Origin: Octopus sinensis
Lineage: Eukaryota
DNA: 64,000 nt
Assembly: GCF_006345805.1 (NCBI RefSeq)
Contig: NC_043010.1
Span: 49,414,001 to 49,478,000, forward strand
Reading direction: 5' to 3'
Position numbers and translations under genes: made by a program. Positions within the stretch are counted from its first letter, which is position 1. Every line of letters begins with the position of its first letter. Shown piece by piece: positions 13,761 to 28,172 of this stretch. Below the pieces are notes generated by a model that was not told the origin of the DNA, ran no database searches, and saw only the letters and a list, made by a program, of their open reading frames with translations.

Positions 13761-13880
13761 CTGCTTTTCCTCGAGGTGCAATATGTCTACTTTCTAATTC
13801 TTCTTCAGTGAGATACTTAGAATCTTTTTCTTTTTTCATGCGTTTTTCTAACTCTTGGTTGTCTTCACGTAATCTATTGT
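13761..13880 (-). CDS. REEP: REEP1-4-like protein, C-terminal charged exon
   Basis: Strong polypyrimidine acceptor ttttcctcccttcag, donor GCAG|gtaagt, 120 nt, phase 1-1. Translates (D)NRLREDNQELEKRMKKEKDSKYLTEEELESRHIAPRGKA. Phase fits both neighbouring exons; assignment rests on phase and position rather than homology. Confidence 0.85.
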
Positions 13881-14626
13881 CTGAAGGGAGGAAAAAAAAA
13901 AGAGAAAATAGTTCAAAGAAGAAAGAAAACAAACCTTAAAAAAAAAAAAAAACCAAACAGAGACAAATTCAAAAAGAAATTTTTTTTTTCTGTGATCACA
14001 ATTGCAATGATTGGCTAACAAATGAAAACAGTTGTCAGAGGCTGCCAAGTCTGGCAATGCAATGCTATTGTAACAATACCAAGAGAGTTTCTAATTAATT
14101 CTCAGACTTATACACCCCAACACAGCTCTGTAACGAAGAGTTTAAATTGGATTTTTAAAATTGAGGAGTAAAAGAAAGAGGAAATGTCGAATACAATAAA
14201 AGAATTATAAAGGAAAAGAACTGGGGTACTTTTTATATTCTCAGATATTTGTTTGAGAAAAATCCATTGAAGGTACTCATTAATCAGTAATACAACAAAA
14301 TAGCAATGTTTCGTATTAAAAACATAAGAAAAAATTATAAAAAGAGTAGCAAATGAGTTAATCTGGAATTCCTACTGAGAGAAGAAGGTGACCTTGAGAT
14401 TCAGTGTACAGCATACACCACTGAAATAACTAAAGAACTGCTTTTGAAAAGAAAAGCGCAGTTCCATTTGTTTCAATTTGGATATCTTTAGAGAAGAAAT
14501 CAATCAACAGATAAGGAAGTCATTAATAGAACTGCTTTTAATAATTTTACTTTGGATTTAAAAAGAAGAGAAAATAAGAAACAGAAAATAAGATAGAAAA
14601 AAAGAACCCAGTTTTATAGATGTGTA

Positions 14627-14677
<51 letters not shown>
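14627..14677. repeat. (AAT)n trinucleotide microsatellite
   Basis: Near-perfect aat array. Confidence 0.95.
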
Positions 14678-14679
<2 letters not shown>

Positions 14680-14838
14680 CGACAATGCTGGTATAAGTCA
14701 GTTTTAAATAAAATAAAATATTTTTTCCTCAATATTTAAAGCACTGAAACAGGTAATTTTTCAAACTAAAAGAATAAGTTGGCTGAGAAAAATACTTCTA
14801 AAATATAAAAGGAATATTAGAGTGTGTTTTTTTCTCTT

Positions 14839-14885
<47 letters not shown>

Positions 14886-15836
14886 TACATATATATATGT
14901 GTGTGTGTGTGTGTGTTTATATACGTGTGTGTGTATGTGTATATGTATATATATGTATGTGTGTGTGTGTGTGCATATGTCTTGTTTTAAATAGAAAATG
15001 ATGGAACAATTATATAAAAAAAATATATTTATCAACAGAAATGTATTCCATGCAGCATGAAATTACAGCAACTGAAGGTTAATCCATAAGTAAAAAAAAG
15101 AGGAAAGAAAAGAGAAAGCTATTCAAAGCATACTATTATTACAGTCACTAAATACAGTATAATATTGACAACAGAACTGAATAGCTCCATACCAATCGAA
15201 AGAGGCAAAAAAAAAAAAAAAAGTAAGAAATTGAAATCTATAAGAGAAAGTTCTCCAAACTACATACAATTCAAGCCTAAGTTAAAATGACCTTTATTTA
15301 AGTACAATAGAGGTTATGCTTTGCTGGAGATAACGTGAGCTGATAGTTTGACAGTGATGATAAGAATGTTTCAACTTCTACAGTAAATCTACACAACAAA
15401 AGAAATCAATAAAATTTTGATATATAATATAAAAAAAAAAAAAAAAAAAAGAAACGAAAAAGTGGGTAAAAAAACAAAACGGAAAGAAGGTACACTCCAG
15501 TCGTATATATTACTAGACTGTGTACAAGTGTATCTGCACACCCACATAGAAAGATGTTTGGTGTTAGGTTCACTGATTAATGATATGTGTATGATTCTGA
15601 AGTTTCTCTTAACCAAATATTTCAAATATGCTTTCTAGTGTATCAAGTATATGACAGTAATTTAAAACATTTGATTCGCAAGAGTAAAGATCAGATTAGA
15701 ATTGAAATTCTGTTTGATGATAAGAAGGAAAACAAACTCTAGAAAATCATAGGTTATTTTACTTTCAAGATTACAAACAATAAAACGTCTTCACAATTAA
15801 CTTTGAGTTATGATTTAACAACAAAATATGAATTAA

Positions 15837-16056
15837 CCCTTTAGTGTTTAAACCGGCCATATCCGGCCAAAATATTCTACCTATTTTATGTTCAAACTAG
15901 TCAGATATGGTCATTCATAGCTATCTTATTGTGTCATTTTCAAAATAAACAATCACATCATTGAAATCTCAAAGCCATGAAATGATGCAAGATTAATTTT
16001 ACATGGTGTGAATACATAAGCTTTACATTTTACAGAATAATCTGAATGCTAAAGGG
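15837..16056. mobile_element. piggyBac-type MITE
   Basis: TIRs ccctttag...ctaaaggg with TTAA on both sides (15833-15836, 16057-16060). Homologous copies at 52140-52340 and 62332-62552. Confidence 0.85.
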
Positions 16057-17276
16057 TTAAGTAGGCACGAAGATGAGTCTACTGCCTAGTAGAGGATGTT
16101 AGCATAAAGATATGATTTTAGAATTTCAAAATCAGGAAACCAAGAGCATGCTGTTCACGCGCGCACACATACATACACACACACACACACATCATATTTG
16201 TTACTATTTCAAATAATTTCAAGTAACTGTTTTAAGTTATTGATGAATAAAATGAACACCAAAGAAGAACATATGATTAATATGACCCATTTTCAATCTA
16301 TAGGCTTTATGATAGCCTAAAGAATGAAATTTAATAAGTAAAGTTTTAAGAGAAATTTTTTATTAATTTGAAATTATAAGAAAAAAAAATTAAACTAGAG
16401 ACTAGAAATAAAAGAATTCCAAAGAGAAACCCAAGGAAAAATATGTTACTACATGCAATTTAGGACAAGTATTTTAAAGAGAAACAGTTTAGAAAGAAAA
16501 CCAAGGTGAAAATGTCAGATATTGTAAGTGGACCAAGTAAACACTAATGAAAAGATACCCAACAATGGAAACATAGAAAGAATAATTTCTTAGGTAATAC
16601 CTACATAGATCTGGTAAAGTCAACAAAAGATTAGTGATTAATGTATAAGTGAGGGAGAATTTCAAATCACAAAAAACAAGACAAGATCTACAGCTACCTG
16701 CATAGAGTAGATTTTTCTGACATTTCAGTAGGCTGATCATATTGGACTTGTCTTCTTCACTTGTTGCCTTTAGAGGGAGATTTATTCAATTGCATGAATA
16801 ATTTCAGTTAGTGAAAGTTTTTTCAACTCTCTTTAGGACATATTTGTAGCAGCTAAGTGGCATGCTCCCTGGAAGTATTTTCTCTCAGTTGTATTTTTTT
16901 CATAATCAGTGTCATTATATTGCTCCTATTCCTAAACATGTTCACCACCCTTAATCATGCCAACTAAGTAGAAAATGCTTCATTGAACAGAGGTATAAGA
17001 CCAAACTATGACCTTTGTTTCCATTCCCATCTACATTCCATATATTTTCCAAAATTGGTTGATTTTATCAGAATAATCTTTCTTGCCCACTGATTTTACA
17101 TTATTATCACTGCTAGAGGTAGATTTTTCTTTTCATCTACTAACTCCTTCAATAACAAGTTGACTGAAGCAATTCAACTCACTCTACTAAGTTACCCTAC
17201 CATATATAACTTTAATACTGTGTTTCACTCTTTCAGTTGACCACAGTTTTTGTTTTTAACTATTTGGCATTTACTT

Positions 17277-17683
17277 TACTCTTTTACTTGTTTCAGTCAT
17301 TTGACTGTGGTCATGCTGGAGCACCGCCTTTAGTCGAGCAAATCGACTCCAGGACTTATTCTTTGTAAGCCTAGTACTTATTCTATCAGTCTCTTTTGCT
17401 GAACTGCTAGGTTACGTGGACATAAATACACTAGTATCAGTTGTCAAGCGATGTTGGGGGGACAAGCATAGACACACAAACACACACACACACACAAACA
17501 TATATACATATAAATATATACAACGGGCTTCTTTCAGTTTCCGTCTACTAGATCCACTCACAAGGCTTTGGTCAGTCTGAGGCTATAGTAGAAGACACTT
17601 GCCCAAGGTGCCACGCAGTGGGACTGAACCTGGAACGATGTGGTTGGTAAGCAAGCTACTTACCACACAGCCACTCCTATGCC
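17277..17683 (-). mobile_element. SINE family A, full length
   Basis: Reverse complement of 11410-11794. Confidence 0.9.
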
Positions 17684-17889
17684 TATTCTTCAGCAATGAG
17701 ACAATTTCCTTCAATATTGCATAAGTATACCAGAAATAGTGCAATGGCAATTTTTAAAGCTGCACTAAGAAAATAAAGACAAGAATTTCTCTTAATAAGA
17801 CACACACACACACACACACACATGGATATTAAACAACCACTTCATATTGTTGTAAGGTGATCCATATAGAGGTAGTTATTTTTAGTAGA

Positions 17890-18590
17890 GGTATTGACTG
17901 TTTCTGGTTTAGTTTTGGATTTTAAATTATACAATATTCTTCTTTTGCCTTTCACAGTAGAATATGTTCTTTCATTTTGGGAAAAGGTAATATTTTCAAT
18001 TTTCCATTTGCACAAATGTCTAGAATGTTCTCTGTATGAAACATTTCTAAGAGATGAATCTATGATTTATTGTTTATGTATCCAAACACAATGTATTAAT
18101 TCTGATCCTGTTTGCTCAATATAATTCTCATTGCATTGTGGGCATGTGATGCAGTAAATGAGGATTTTTATTTTGTTTGTTTTGCAATTCATATGTGCAT
18201 TAACCTACAATTCTTTCCCATTCACGAATATTTTTGGTTTTGCCCTTTTCCATTATTTCGCACATCCCACAAAGAAGTCTCCACATTTTGTTACCTGAAA
18301 TATTTCTTCTGATGCGGATTGTGTCTTTGTTAAGAGTCTTTCCACATTTGGTGTTTGTCTTTGACTGTTAATAATTTGTGATTCTTTAAATTATTTTTCT
18401 GAGATTTGATGGCTGATATAGAAGGGGAAGGTATGGTCAGGCTGAATGTGAGATTTTATGGTTTCTAAGATTATGGGTAACTACAAACGGAACACTTTTT
18501 ACTTTGACTTCTTTCTCATTAAGATCGGGATTTCTTTTGCCTCGGTCATGACAAGTTTTTCAAGAATTTTTGTTTGTTTAGGAACATTTG
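17890..18590 (-). mobile_element. Penelope-like element remnant: RT C-terminal linker and GIY-YIG endonuclease
   Basis: Across frameshifts: VPFVVTHN, IINSQRQTPNVERLLTK, VTKCGD, MNCK...LIYCITCPQCNENYIEQTGSEL...IHKQ (LIY-YIG motif with CxxC). Confidence 0.8.
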
Positions 18591-19584
18591 GGCACGGGCT
18601 CACACACACACACACAAAAGCATACAGACACATGTATAAATATATGTGCGTGCGTGCATATATGTTTATGTATATGTGTTGTGTGTGTGTGTATATATAA
18701 TAGGTAAAAAGACACTGGTTGGTCTTTCTCTTCTATACAAACTACACTCATATTTTTATAAAACTGAAACTTTGCTAGTTGCTATTGTTCATTCCAAATC
18801 TAGCGCCTTGCATATACCTGAAAAGCTCTATATAAATTTTTTAGTAAAATCAATTTATCCATTACCTTCAATAATACTTTCAAAACAGCTTCATTGCTTA
18901 GACATGGATTTAGATTTAAATTCAAGCTGATATTTTCCCTTTCATGAAACTAATGAAGGCTTCCAATATATTAATGTTAAATTTAACCATCATAGATCTG
19001 TCCTAAATAATGCTGTTGAAAGTGTTTCCATTAAAATTTACAATCTATTCACAATAGAAGATATCTTCAATAACCATGCCCCTTACTATATATAACTAGG
19101 CCCCACTTAACTAGTGGTTTCTCTGATAAAATTTCTTACAGAGCACTCTGTAGAATAAGTTTCTCCCTTGTTAAGCATACTTCAAATACCTATGATTTGC
19201 CCCTGGTATTGCATGAGATTATCTCTGTATACACAGCACAGATGAGTCGGAAACTTATCTTACTGTGGTTGACTCTATCCAACTAAAGCACGAGCCAAGA
19301 AGGTCAATAGCTGAAACTGCCATTTTGGTTACTAGTTAAATCTCTGCCTAAACTTTTCATTTATATTCTAAAGTCTAATTTCTCCCCCATTCAAGATAAG
19401 AACTACTCCATACTTAATACTTCCACTGTAAAGTTCTCTTACTCAACTACACCTAATCTTGGTTCTATAATTGACAGAAACTAGGCCTTATCCATAACTG
19501 CTCTGGAGTAGCTTATAATAGTAGTAGTTCTAACACTGAGTATAATAATTGTTGCAATAATAATCCTCTCAACTATAGTAAACA

Positions 19585-20200
19585 CAAAGCCAGCAATTAA
19601 GAAAGGGCTAGTCAACTGCATTGACCCTAGTGCTCAATTAGTACTTATTTCATTGACCCCAAATGGATGAAAAACAAAGTCAGCTTCAATGGATTTTGAG
19701 CCCAGAATGTAAAGATGGATGAAATGTTGCTAAGCATTATCTCTGGCATGCTAATGATTCTCCTAGCTCACTATCTTTGTTACTAATTTTAATGATGATG
19801 ATTATAATAATGTGACTGAAGGTGAAGATAAAATTAGAATTAAAAATTAAAAAATTACCTCAGAATTACAATAACATTAGCATTAATACTACTATTGCTA
19901 AATAATATTTAAAAAGAATTCTAATTATAATAATTATAGTTGTCCCAATAATAAAATGATTGCAGATAATCGTATTCTTGTTAATAGTAATAATAATAAT
20001 TATTATTTCACATTTTTGCCACAAATGCAGCTTGGGGGAGGTGGGGATGAGTCTATTACATCAATCCCAGTGTTCGACCCTGAAAGGATGAAAGGCAAAG
20101 TCGACCTTGGCGGGATTTGAACTCAGAATGTAGCGATGGGTGAAATACAGCTAAGCATTTCGTCCAGCATGCTAATGATCTGTCAGCTCACCACCTTAAT
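19585..20200 (-). mobile_element. Two SINE family B copies (about 19585-19780 and 20010-20200)
   Basis: Contain gaaaggatgaaaggcaaagtcgacc...tttgaactcagaa...ctaagcattt, the reverse complement of a tRNA-like head. Confidence 0.85.
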
Positions 20201-21004
20201 AGTAATAATAATAATAATATTGATAGTATTACTAATAATAGCATGATAAATTGGAATACTAATAAAAAAGACTATTGTTAATGGTTATTTATCATGTGAT
20301 ACAAATAATAATTGTAGAATACCCAACAATTGTCCTCTGAGAAGTCATTACTTACAACACAACAGAAGCATTGTTTATACTAAGCACTTGAATTTGACTA
20401 AAGTATATACTGGATTGTTCACTGATTTGAAAAGATGCTTCTTAGTTCATTTTCTAATATTAAATTTAAATCACCCATTGCATTAGCAAATTATGTCCAT
20501 CACCTAAGGACTAAAGAACATTTCTTATGAGATTACTTAGTCTATTCTAACATCGGGAAGATAGTGGAACAACATGCAATTTGTGTAGCAGGGAATCTGG
20601 AAATATTATGGAGATATAATGGAAAGTTGAAATCTTCTCTTTAAAAGACAGCAGGACACTATGACATTCTGCAGACATTGTTTTTCTAAAATATTTTTTA
20701 CTATAGATCAATATACTCCAACACTATTAGATAGCTATTATCTATATTTTAACCTAATACCCTCATCTTAGGTTCTTCTTCAGCTGTTTTACTTATAATT
20801 AGAGTAATATCATACCTTTATACTTATGGTACCTTAAATCTTCATAAATTGTAAATTATAATCTATATCTATTGTCCTATAACTTTTAGCCTTCTATATA
20901 CATTTCCTCTTTTACATTTCTTGTTATTTTCCTTCATTTTTTTCATCCTATTCTATTACGATGTGTAATACAGTTTTTGTCCTTGGGTAGCAACTGTTAC
21001 ATCT

Positions 21005-21385
21005 TATTTGCTTACTCTTAGAAAGCATGAGAAACGGTTAATGTTTCCTTCAAACTTTGCTTTTTTTTTACATTTATTCAAACTCCAAAGAATCCCCTTC
21101 AACACATGGCTATGATGCTCATCCACCACTTCTGCTCATAATCAGAAATGTACATATTGTCAGCCACTAAAGGACATGTTCAAGCAACAGACAAGCAAAT
21201 CTCTGGTAATGAGCAGAATATTTGCTATAACAATATTTCTGCTTCTGTAACTCAACACTGAGTCTATCTGAAATGTAATGGAAAACAGGTTGTTTTCCAA
21301 TAACTTCCAGGTAATAAAAGCAAAGTTTGAAGGGAATGGTAATCATTTCCTTTGATTTCTAGATAGAAACAAAAAGAAAATAACA
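21005..21385. mobile_element. MITE with about 60-bp imperfect TIRs
   Basis: tttccttcaaactttgctttt near 21042-21062 mirrors aaaagcaaagtttgaaggga near 21316-21335. Confidence 0.6.
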
Positions 21386-22220
21386 CTTACTGACCAAAGT
21401 GGAATTAAAAAAAAAAAAAATCATTAGTGTTATTTTTCTCTTCATTAGTTAATTCTTTACATTTTTACCATACCTCCTGCCCTACACAGTCTACACTCAT
21501 GAATATTATAGTGTATTTAGGCCACCCAAAACTGTTCTGCCACTCACTTAGAAGTGGAGCCTAAATTGTTTTTCTTTCTTTCATGCCTTGATTTTGTCTT
21601 CTCCAAATTTTGATTTATGACATATGTCAATTAGTCTGATTCTTCATAACTGATCATCACTTACCCTTTCTTCTCTGTTCTGGATGTGTTTGCCTTTTCC
21701 CTGGTTCTTTCATTTTTCTCTAATTTTCTCACCTCTACTCACCCCCACCAACTTTTGCTACCATCACTATTTATACAACACTTCACAAACTGGCCTTTCT
21801 TCCATCATTTATTGATGGTGCCATACTCTTAAAAACAAGTGTGTTAGATAAATCATTCTGCCACACCTCTTTCATCATCTGAAGGGAAAATTTGGGGGTT
21901 CAAAGTCTTTCTGTTTGTTTAATGTGTATTACTAAATTAATATGCACACTCATTTGCATAATACACATTATCACATCAACCAGTTGCTAAATTTTTGAAA
22001 CGTGTAAAGAATTATCTAGGATTACTTTTGTTTTGGTTGTTATATTTATGATTGTTTACATAACACCTATCTCTTTATCACACTATATTTATATATATGC
22101 ATATTTATCTATATACATATATATATATACACACACATACATACATACATATACTCACACACACATATATATATACTTACATATATCACATATATACACA
22201 AACATATTTATATATATATA

Positions 22221-22680
22221 GAGTTAGTCTAGATGAGATGTAGTTTGGTAATGTGCCAGGGAGAAGCACCACCGATGCTCTATTTTTCATAAGAAATACC
22301 TAGCCAAAGAGAAACCTCTGTACTTGGCGTTTGTTGACTTGGAGAAGCTTTTGATAGGAACCCCTGATCACTTATCTGCTGGTCAATGCAGAAACTAGGG
22401 ATAGATGAGTGGTTGGTGAGAGCTATACAAGCCTTGTACAGGGACGCTACTGATAAAAAGTGAGGGTGGGCAACAAATATAGTGAAGAATTCAGGGTACA
22501 AGTAGGGGTTCACCAAGGATCGGTCCTCAGCCCCTTTTTGTTCATCATAGTCCTCCAGGCAATAACAGAGGAATTCAAGACAGGCTGCGCCTGGGAGTCC
22601 TCTATGCTGATGACCTTGCTTTTATAGCTGAATCACTACCTGAACTAGAGAAGTTCCAGGTATGGAAGTAAAGTCTAGAA
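22221..22680 (+). mobile_element. RTE-clade LINE reverse-transcriptase fragment
   Basis: PGRSTTDA, LYLAFVDLEK, VQVGVHQGSVLSPFLFIIVL, LYADDL, with frameshifts. Confidence 0.9.
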
Positions 22681-22756
22681 TTATTTGTTTCACACATGAT
22701 ATTGAGATTATATGGGTTTTATTGCATTTCTAGTAATTTGACATCAAGAAGATGTC

Positions 22757-23130
22757 ACTGACCCACAAGGATTGCTTGTAGGGTTCGAATTCGCTCACTT
22801 TTCATGAACATGGTAATGCTGGCGAATGCATCTTTATGAAAAAAGTATGATGCACGTGCAAAACATTGACTCATTGGGTATAAAAGGCACTCAAATTTAC
22901 CAGCCTGTCGTTCATTTCCTGAATGCAGCAAGACTTGCATGAATCAGAGGGAGCAAGCCATCAGACATCTCCATGCTGGTCAACATCCATAGGTCATTGC
23001 TAATGACTCAAACTGCAGTATTTGGACAACTGAGTGGCTGAGAGAACGATACAACGCCACAAACAGTACAGGTGCTCATCTACGCAGTGGCTGAGGGTTA
23101 CAACGGCACATCAAGATCGTCATTTATGCA
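22757..23130 (+). mobile_element. Tc1-like transposon 5' fragment (HTH DNA-binding region)
   Basis: MNQREQAI...AGQ...RERYNATNSTG...RSG...RVTTAHQDRH resembles Tc1 N-termini. Confidence 0.7.
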
Positions 23131-24367
23131 TGTGCAAACACAGACAGACATATTTATATATACACAGATGTCTTTACATATGTGATGTATATACATATCT
23201 AGGCATATTTCTCAGAGAAATAAGTACTGTATGGCAGAACAGTATAGCTTGAGTCATTGGATAATATCAATGTTAGCTTAGGATTGAAAACAACTAAGTG
23301 GAAAAATAAATAGAACAAAGAGATTAAAACCAAAAATAGAAAACTAGCTGGTAATTGATGAATGTGATGAGAACACCAAAATAATTAGTTTTAAAAAATA
23401 AATTAAAGAAATTGAGACAGAAATACTTAAAATGTATATAATAATAATATATATAAAAAAAACCAAAAAGAATAAAGCAAACAGTAACAGACAAATCACT
23501 TACTACTAGCAGATTTTGGTGTGACTGAAAAACAAGCCAGAAGTTTTCTGTACAATACAAGGCAGTTGTAGGGAGTCTAGGATCAAGTGTTTCATATTGA
23601 AATTAGAAACAGAATATTAAAATGAAATGGCAGAAATAATGTAGAGCAATAATCTGAAAACTGAGTAGGGAACAAATGTTGCTGCAGATTTGAAGAAAAT
23701 GTTTGATGGAAAGTAAAAAGTTCATGTTGGAACAGTTCTCAGATGTTGAGGATTTGAAATGGTTGGTTTCATTCGAGTTGATTTTATTCATCTTAGAAAA
23801 AGCATTAGCTAAAAAAATAATTTTAATATATAAAGGACAACAATAAAATAATATTTAAAAAAAAAAAAGCAAATCACAGGAATATTGCCTAACTAATATA
23901 CAAGTAGCTGTTTCAGATTGCTCTAGGGCCAAACTATTTTTGTTTTAATTTTAAATTAACATTAGCTAACTTTGCCACAAACTTTGTAGTATGGCTGTCC
24001 TTCCCATAGATCTTTTTTAAAAATTCATATAACGTTTATAAATTGGCAATATTTCTATTTAGGCTAACTTTATACTACAGATTTACAGCTTGAATTTATT
24101 ACTTCCAGCATCACCCTAAAGGTTACATAAGTATTTTTTTCTTTCTTATATTGCTTTTGCTTTTTAAACTATTACAGCTGTTAGGATTATGTACCCAAGG
24201 CTACATGGTTGTTTTTATTTCCTTTCTGATCACAATTTCAATAAATGGATGACAAATACCATACACAAGGAGAAATATTTAAAATAGCAGAATGATTTGG
24301 CAACATCCACACATATAAAAGGCTTAGTACAAATAAAATTTCAAAATTGCTTTTAATGAACTCTTAC

Positions 24368-24500
24368 CTAATTCATCTTCATCTTCATCATTTTCAGGAA
24401 TCGATCCAATTCTGTTTCTTGATCGAGGTTCGCCATACCCATCGGACAAATCACTCATACTGTAGCTTTTATATATATGATTGGCAATCCGGGCTTGGCC
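24368..24500 (-). CDS. REEP: REEP1-4-like protein, next exon with the RSFSMQDL-equivalent motif
   Basis: Acceptor cttaattttacag, donor TTAG|gtaaga, 133 nt, phase 0-1. Translates GQARIANHIYKSYSMSDLSDGYGEPRSRNRIGSIPENDEDEDEL, matching REEP GQGALSERLRSFSMQDL. In frame with 38054-38167. Confidence 0.92.
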
Positions 24501-25734
24501 CTGTAAAATTAAGAATCAAAAGCAGACAGTGTAAAATGGAAATCAATAATGAAAATGACATCAAAAGCAATACTGTTGATGAGGAGCAACACTGTAAAGG
24601 GAAAAAAATGGAGAAATTAATTCCTAAGGCTCTTTTCTAGTTTGACATAAAAGAAGAGGATGCTTAGAATTTAAATAGATTAAATAGCAAACAAATGACA
24701 GTAGCCACTTCAGTTAAGCTCTGCTGCTAGTCATAGCCATTATGTATCAATGACCTAGAGTTTCAATTACTCACTTAAGGTTTCTTTAACTGTTAGACAT
24801 GGCTTTATCTGTCATTTTGACTTTATGAAAATTAACTCAAGTTCTGTCTTCTATCCAGCTGACTTCTCAGCATAAATCTTCTCAATCAACAGCAACAATG
24901 GTAGGTCTAAATTGTAAGTGGTTACTTTAAGTGTATTCTTGGAGGGGAAATGACACACTTTCAAGATATGCAAGCTGTACTACATTCTTAAATATTTCTG
25001 TTAATGCTGAGTGGACTAACTAATTATAACATTTGCTTTGTGTCCTAACTTTATGCCTAACTGAATAAAAAAAATAATAAATAAATAAAAACCCTGATTG
25101 TTTTAAGAATCTAATGCATAAAACAAGTGTTTCTTCACAATTTGAAATGAATAAAACATGCAAACAATCTCAAGTGTTTGTAATAAAATATTTTATAAAT
25201 CTCAATTTCAGAGACTAGAGACCATATTTTTCAGTAAGGTTTCTCAGAACCTGAGCACATGATGACAAAGCAGGTTTGAAAAACTTAACTAAAACTCCTG
25301 AAATTGTATTTGATTCATTAAAGACCAGTCAATTTTTTGAGCAGATATATGTTTTCTATGTTCAATGTTAGAAATTTAATATTTTGGGTAAAAAAAAAAA
25401 AAAAAAAGTAGAAAAAAAGAAAAGAGAAAGGAAGTTAACTGAACAGACAATGTAGGAAATAAAGAGGCTGTATCTATAAATACAAGAGCAGGCACAGCTG
25501 TCTGAGATTTTTGATAAGTGTCTTGAGTCGAACAATGGCTAGTGAATGGGAGATGGTTCATGGAAAGTGAGCAGACTGTCATGTGGATGTATTCATACAA
25601 CACACAGACACAAATTTATCTAAGACACAGGTGAACATACATTATAGTGGAGGCAGCAATGTCTAACTCCCTTATTCAGAAAGCCAAAAATGGAGAGAGG
25701 ACAGTAGAAATGCATCAAAATTATTTTAAAAATC

Positions 25735-25835
25735 GATCACACATGTATTCACATATACATATATACATACATGTGTATGTATACATAAATTATATATATA
25801 CACACATACATATACATACACACATACATATACAT

Positions 25836-25890
<55 letters not shown>

Positions 25891-26500
25891 ATATACACAT
25901 ACTTATATATATACATACATATACATATACACATACACATATATATATATACATACATACATATACATATATATATACACATACATATATATATATATAC
26001 ATACATATACATATACATACATATACATATATATATATACACATACATACACATATACATACATATACATATATACACATACATACATATACATATACAT
26101 ACATATATATACATACATACATATACATATATATATATACATACATATACATACATACATATACATACATATATACTTACATATACATACATATATATAC
26201 ATGCATGCATACACATATATGCATACAGATATACATACACATACATATGTGTATATATATATATATATATATACACATATATACACACACAACTATATAC
26301 ATATGTACACACACAAATATATACATATATACACACACACAAATATATATATATACGCATACACAAATATATATATATACACACACAAATAAATATATAC
26401 ACACACACAAATAAATATATACACACACACACACACAAATATATATATAAATATAGATACATACATACACACAAACACATATATATACATACACAGATGT
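25735..26500. repeat. Compound (TA)/(CA)/(TACA) microsatellite field of about 770 bp
   Basis: Source of the HIY/CVY-rich spurious ORFs at 25647-26659. Confidence 0.97.
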
Positions 26501-27890
26501 ATGTATAGTGTTTGTAGAAATGTTAAATATCTTATAAATAAATATACAAACACACACAAACTTAAATAATTCTTTGATATTTTTTTTTAAATTGGTAATG
26601 TAATAACTATCAATAAAGTGCAGCAGTGGTGAAGTACATTTAATACCAGGCAAAACCATAAGTGTGGGATTACAAAGTTACACCACATAAGTTTTGCGTT
26701 ACAGAAGTCTGCAATGGAAAATGCAAGTAATTTTATATCTTTATTATATAGGCATAATTGTTATTTCCAGCAGACTGAAACACACATACACACAATAATA
26801 ATCTCTAACACAGGAAATCATTTTAGTTACTGTTTTGACATGAACTGTCAGACTAGTGCATAGCAACAGCCTTTGAACATGTCATAAACAATAAGCATAT
26901 GAATGCTGGCTGTAAGTGCAATTCATGTTAAACACAATACGTTATACAACCAATAAAGTGTTCTAAGCATTCCGTGCCTAGGCACCTAATACAATTTTCT
27001 AGAGAAATATTGTATATGAAAATAAAGTATCTTCACAAATTCCCTGATACTTGATCTAGTTTTCACAAACTTCCATTATAACATATAATCCTTTATACGA
27101 ATCAAAACTTTTTTTTGTGATTATATGTAGAAAATCCACATCATACAGCAGTTGATACACGTGATTTAGTAAAGCGTATATTTTATTCGTCTGCTCACAG
27201 CTTGACTATAAAACATTTCATTTATTAGTACCCCGACTACTAATTTTAAATGCCTCTATTAATCTCATCAGATATTTTGTACAGATCACACTGAAAGAAG
27301 CAAAAGTAAAACTATATATATATAATTTTGAAAGGAAAATTTCATCGTAATAAATTGATATAATAAATGAATAACATTACAATCTTAATTCAGATAAAGG
27401 GTGAGTTACCTCCCTTGTATTACACTAGCATTTTTCAGATTTTTATTTCAATTATCAAAAAACACGAAGAATAAAATTTGATTTTTTTTTTTCTTTCTCT
27501 TGAAATATGAGGAAGACTAAACGTGGTAGAAGCAAATTTATTTATTTATTCTAAGTATCACTAAGTTCAGCTGTGAGTGAAATCCCACAAACTGTAAACA
27601 GACAAGCTGGGTTGCTTTGCAGCAGATTACAATAAAATTCTGTTTCTAGGTGGAGGCGCAGGGTGGGAAATGTTCGTTATTTTATATAATGGAAAACGAT
27701 GTAGTTTAAAAGCTACAAAAGTTTGGTTCAAAGCAATTTAAAAAAACAAAAACAAAAAACAAATACTCTAAAACGGCATGGTAAAAGAGAAACAAGATTC
27801 ATTTTTAAGAGCTAACATTACTGTTAAATTGCACCCATACATACACACACAGCACAGTACTACTTTAAAGTAGATGTTACATTAAAAACT

Positions 27891-27932
<42 letters not shown>

Positions 27933-28140
27933 TTCTCTAGACATCATGTGATGATTTTGTAAATAAGTATCATCATCATACAAATGACTGTTCCATGATG
28001 AAATATTACCTTGCTTGGAAAACAAGTGATGGTTAATAATAGGAAAGACATCTGATTGTAGAAAACCTGCTTCAAGAAATTCTGTCTGACCCATGAAAGA
28101 CATGGAAAAGTGGACATTAAACGATGATGATGACCATCAT

Positions 28141-28172
<32 letters not shown>

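Noticed and set aside
25647-26659. Long ORFs up to 255 aa rich in H/I/Y/T or C/V/Y/M (also at 39070-41138 and 50101-50863)
   Set aside because: They are translations of TA/CA microsatellites, which lack stop codons in some frames.
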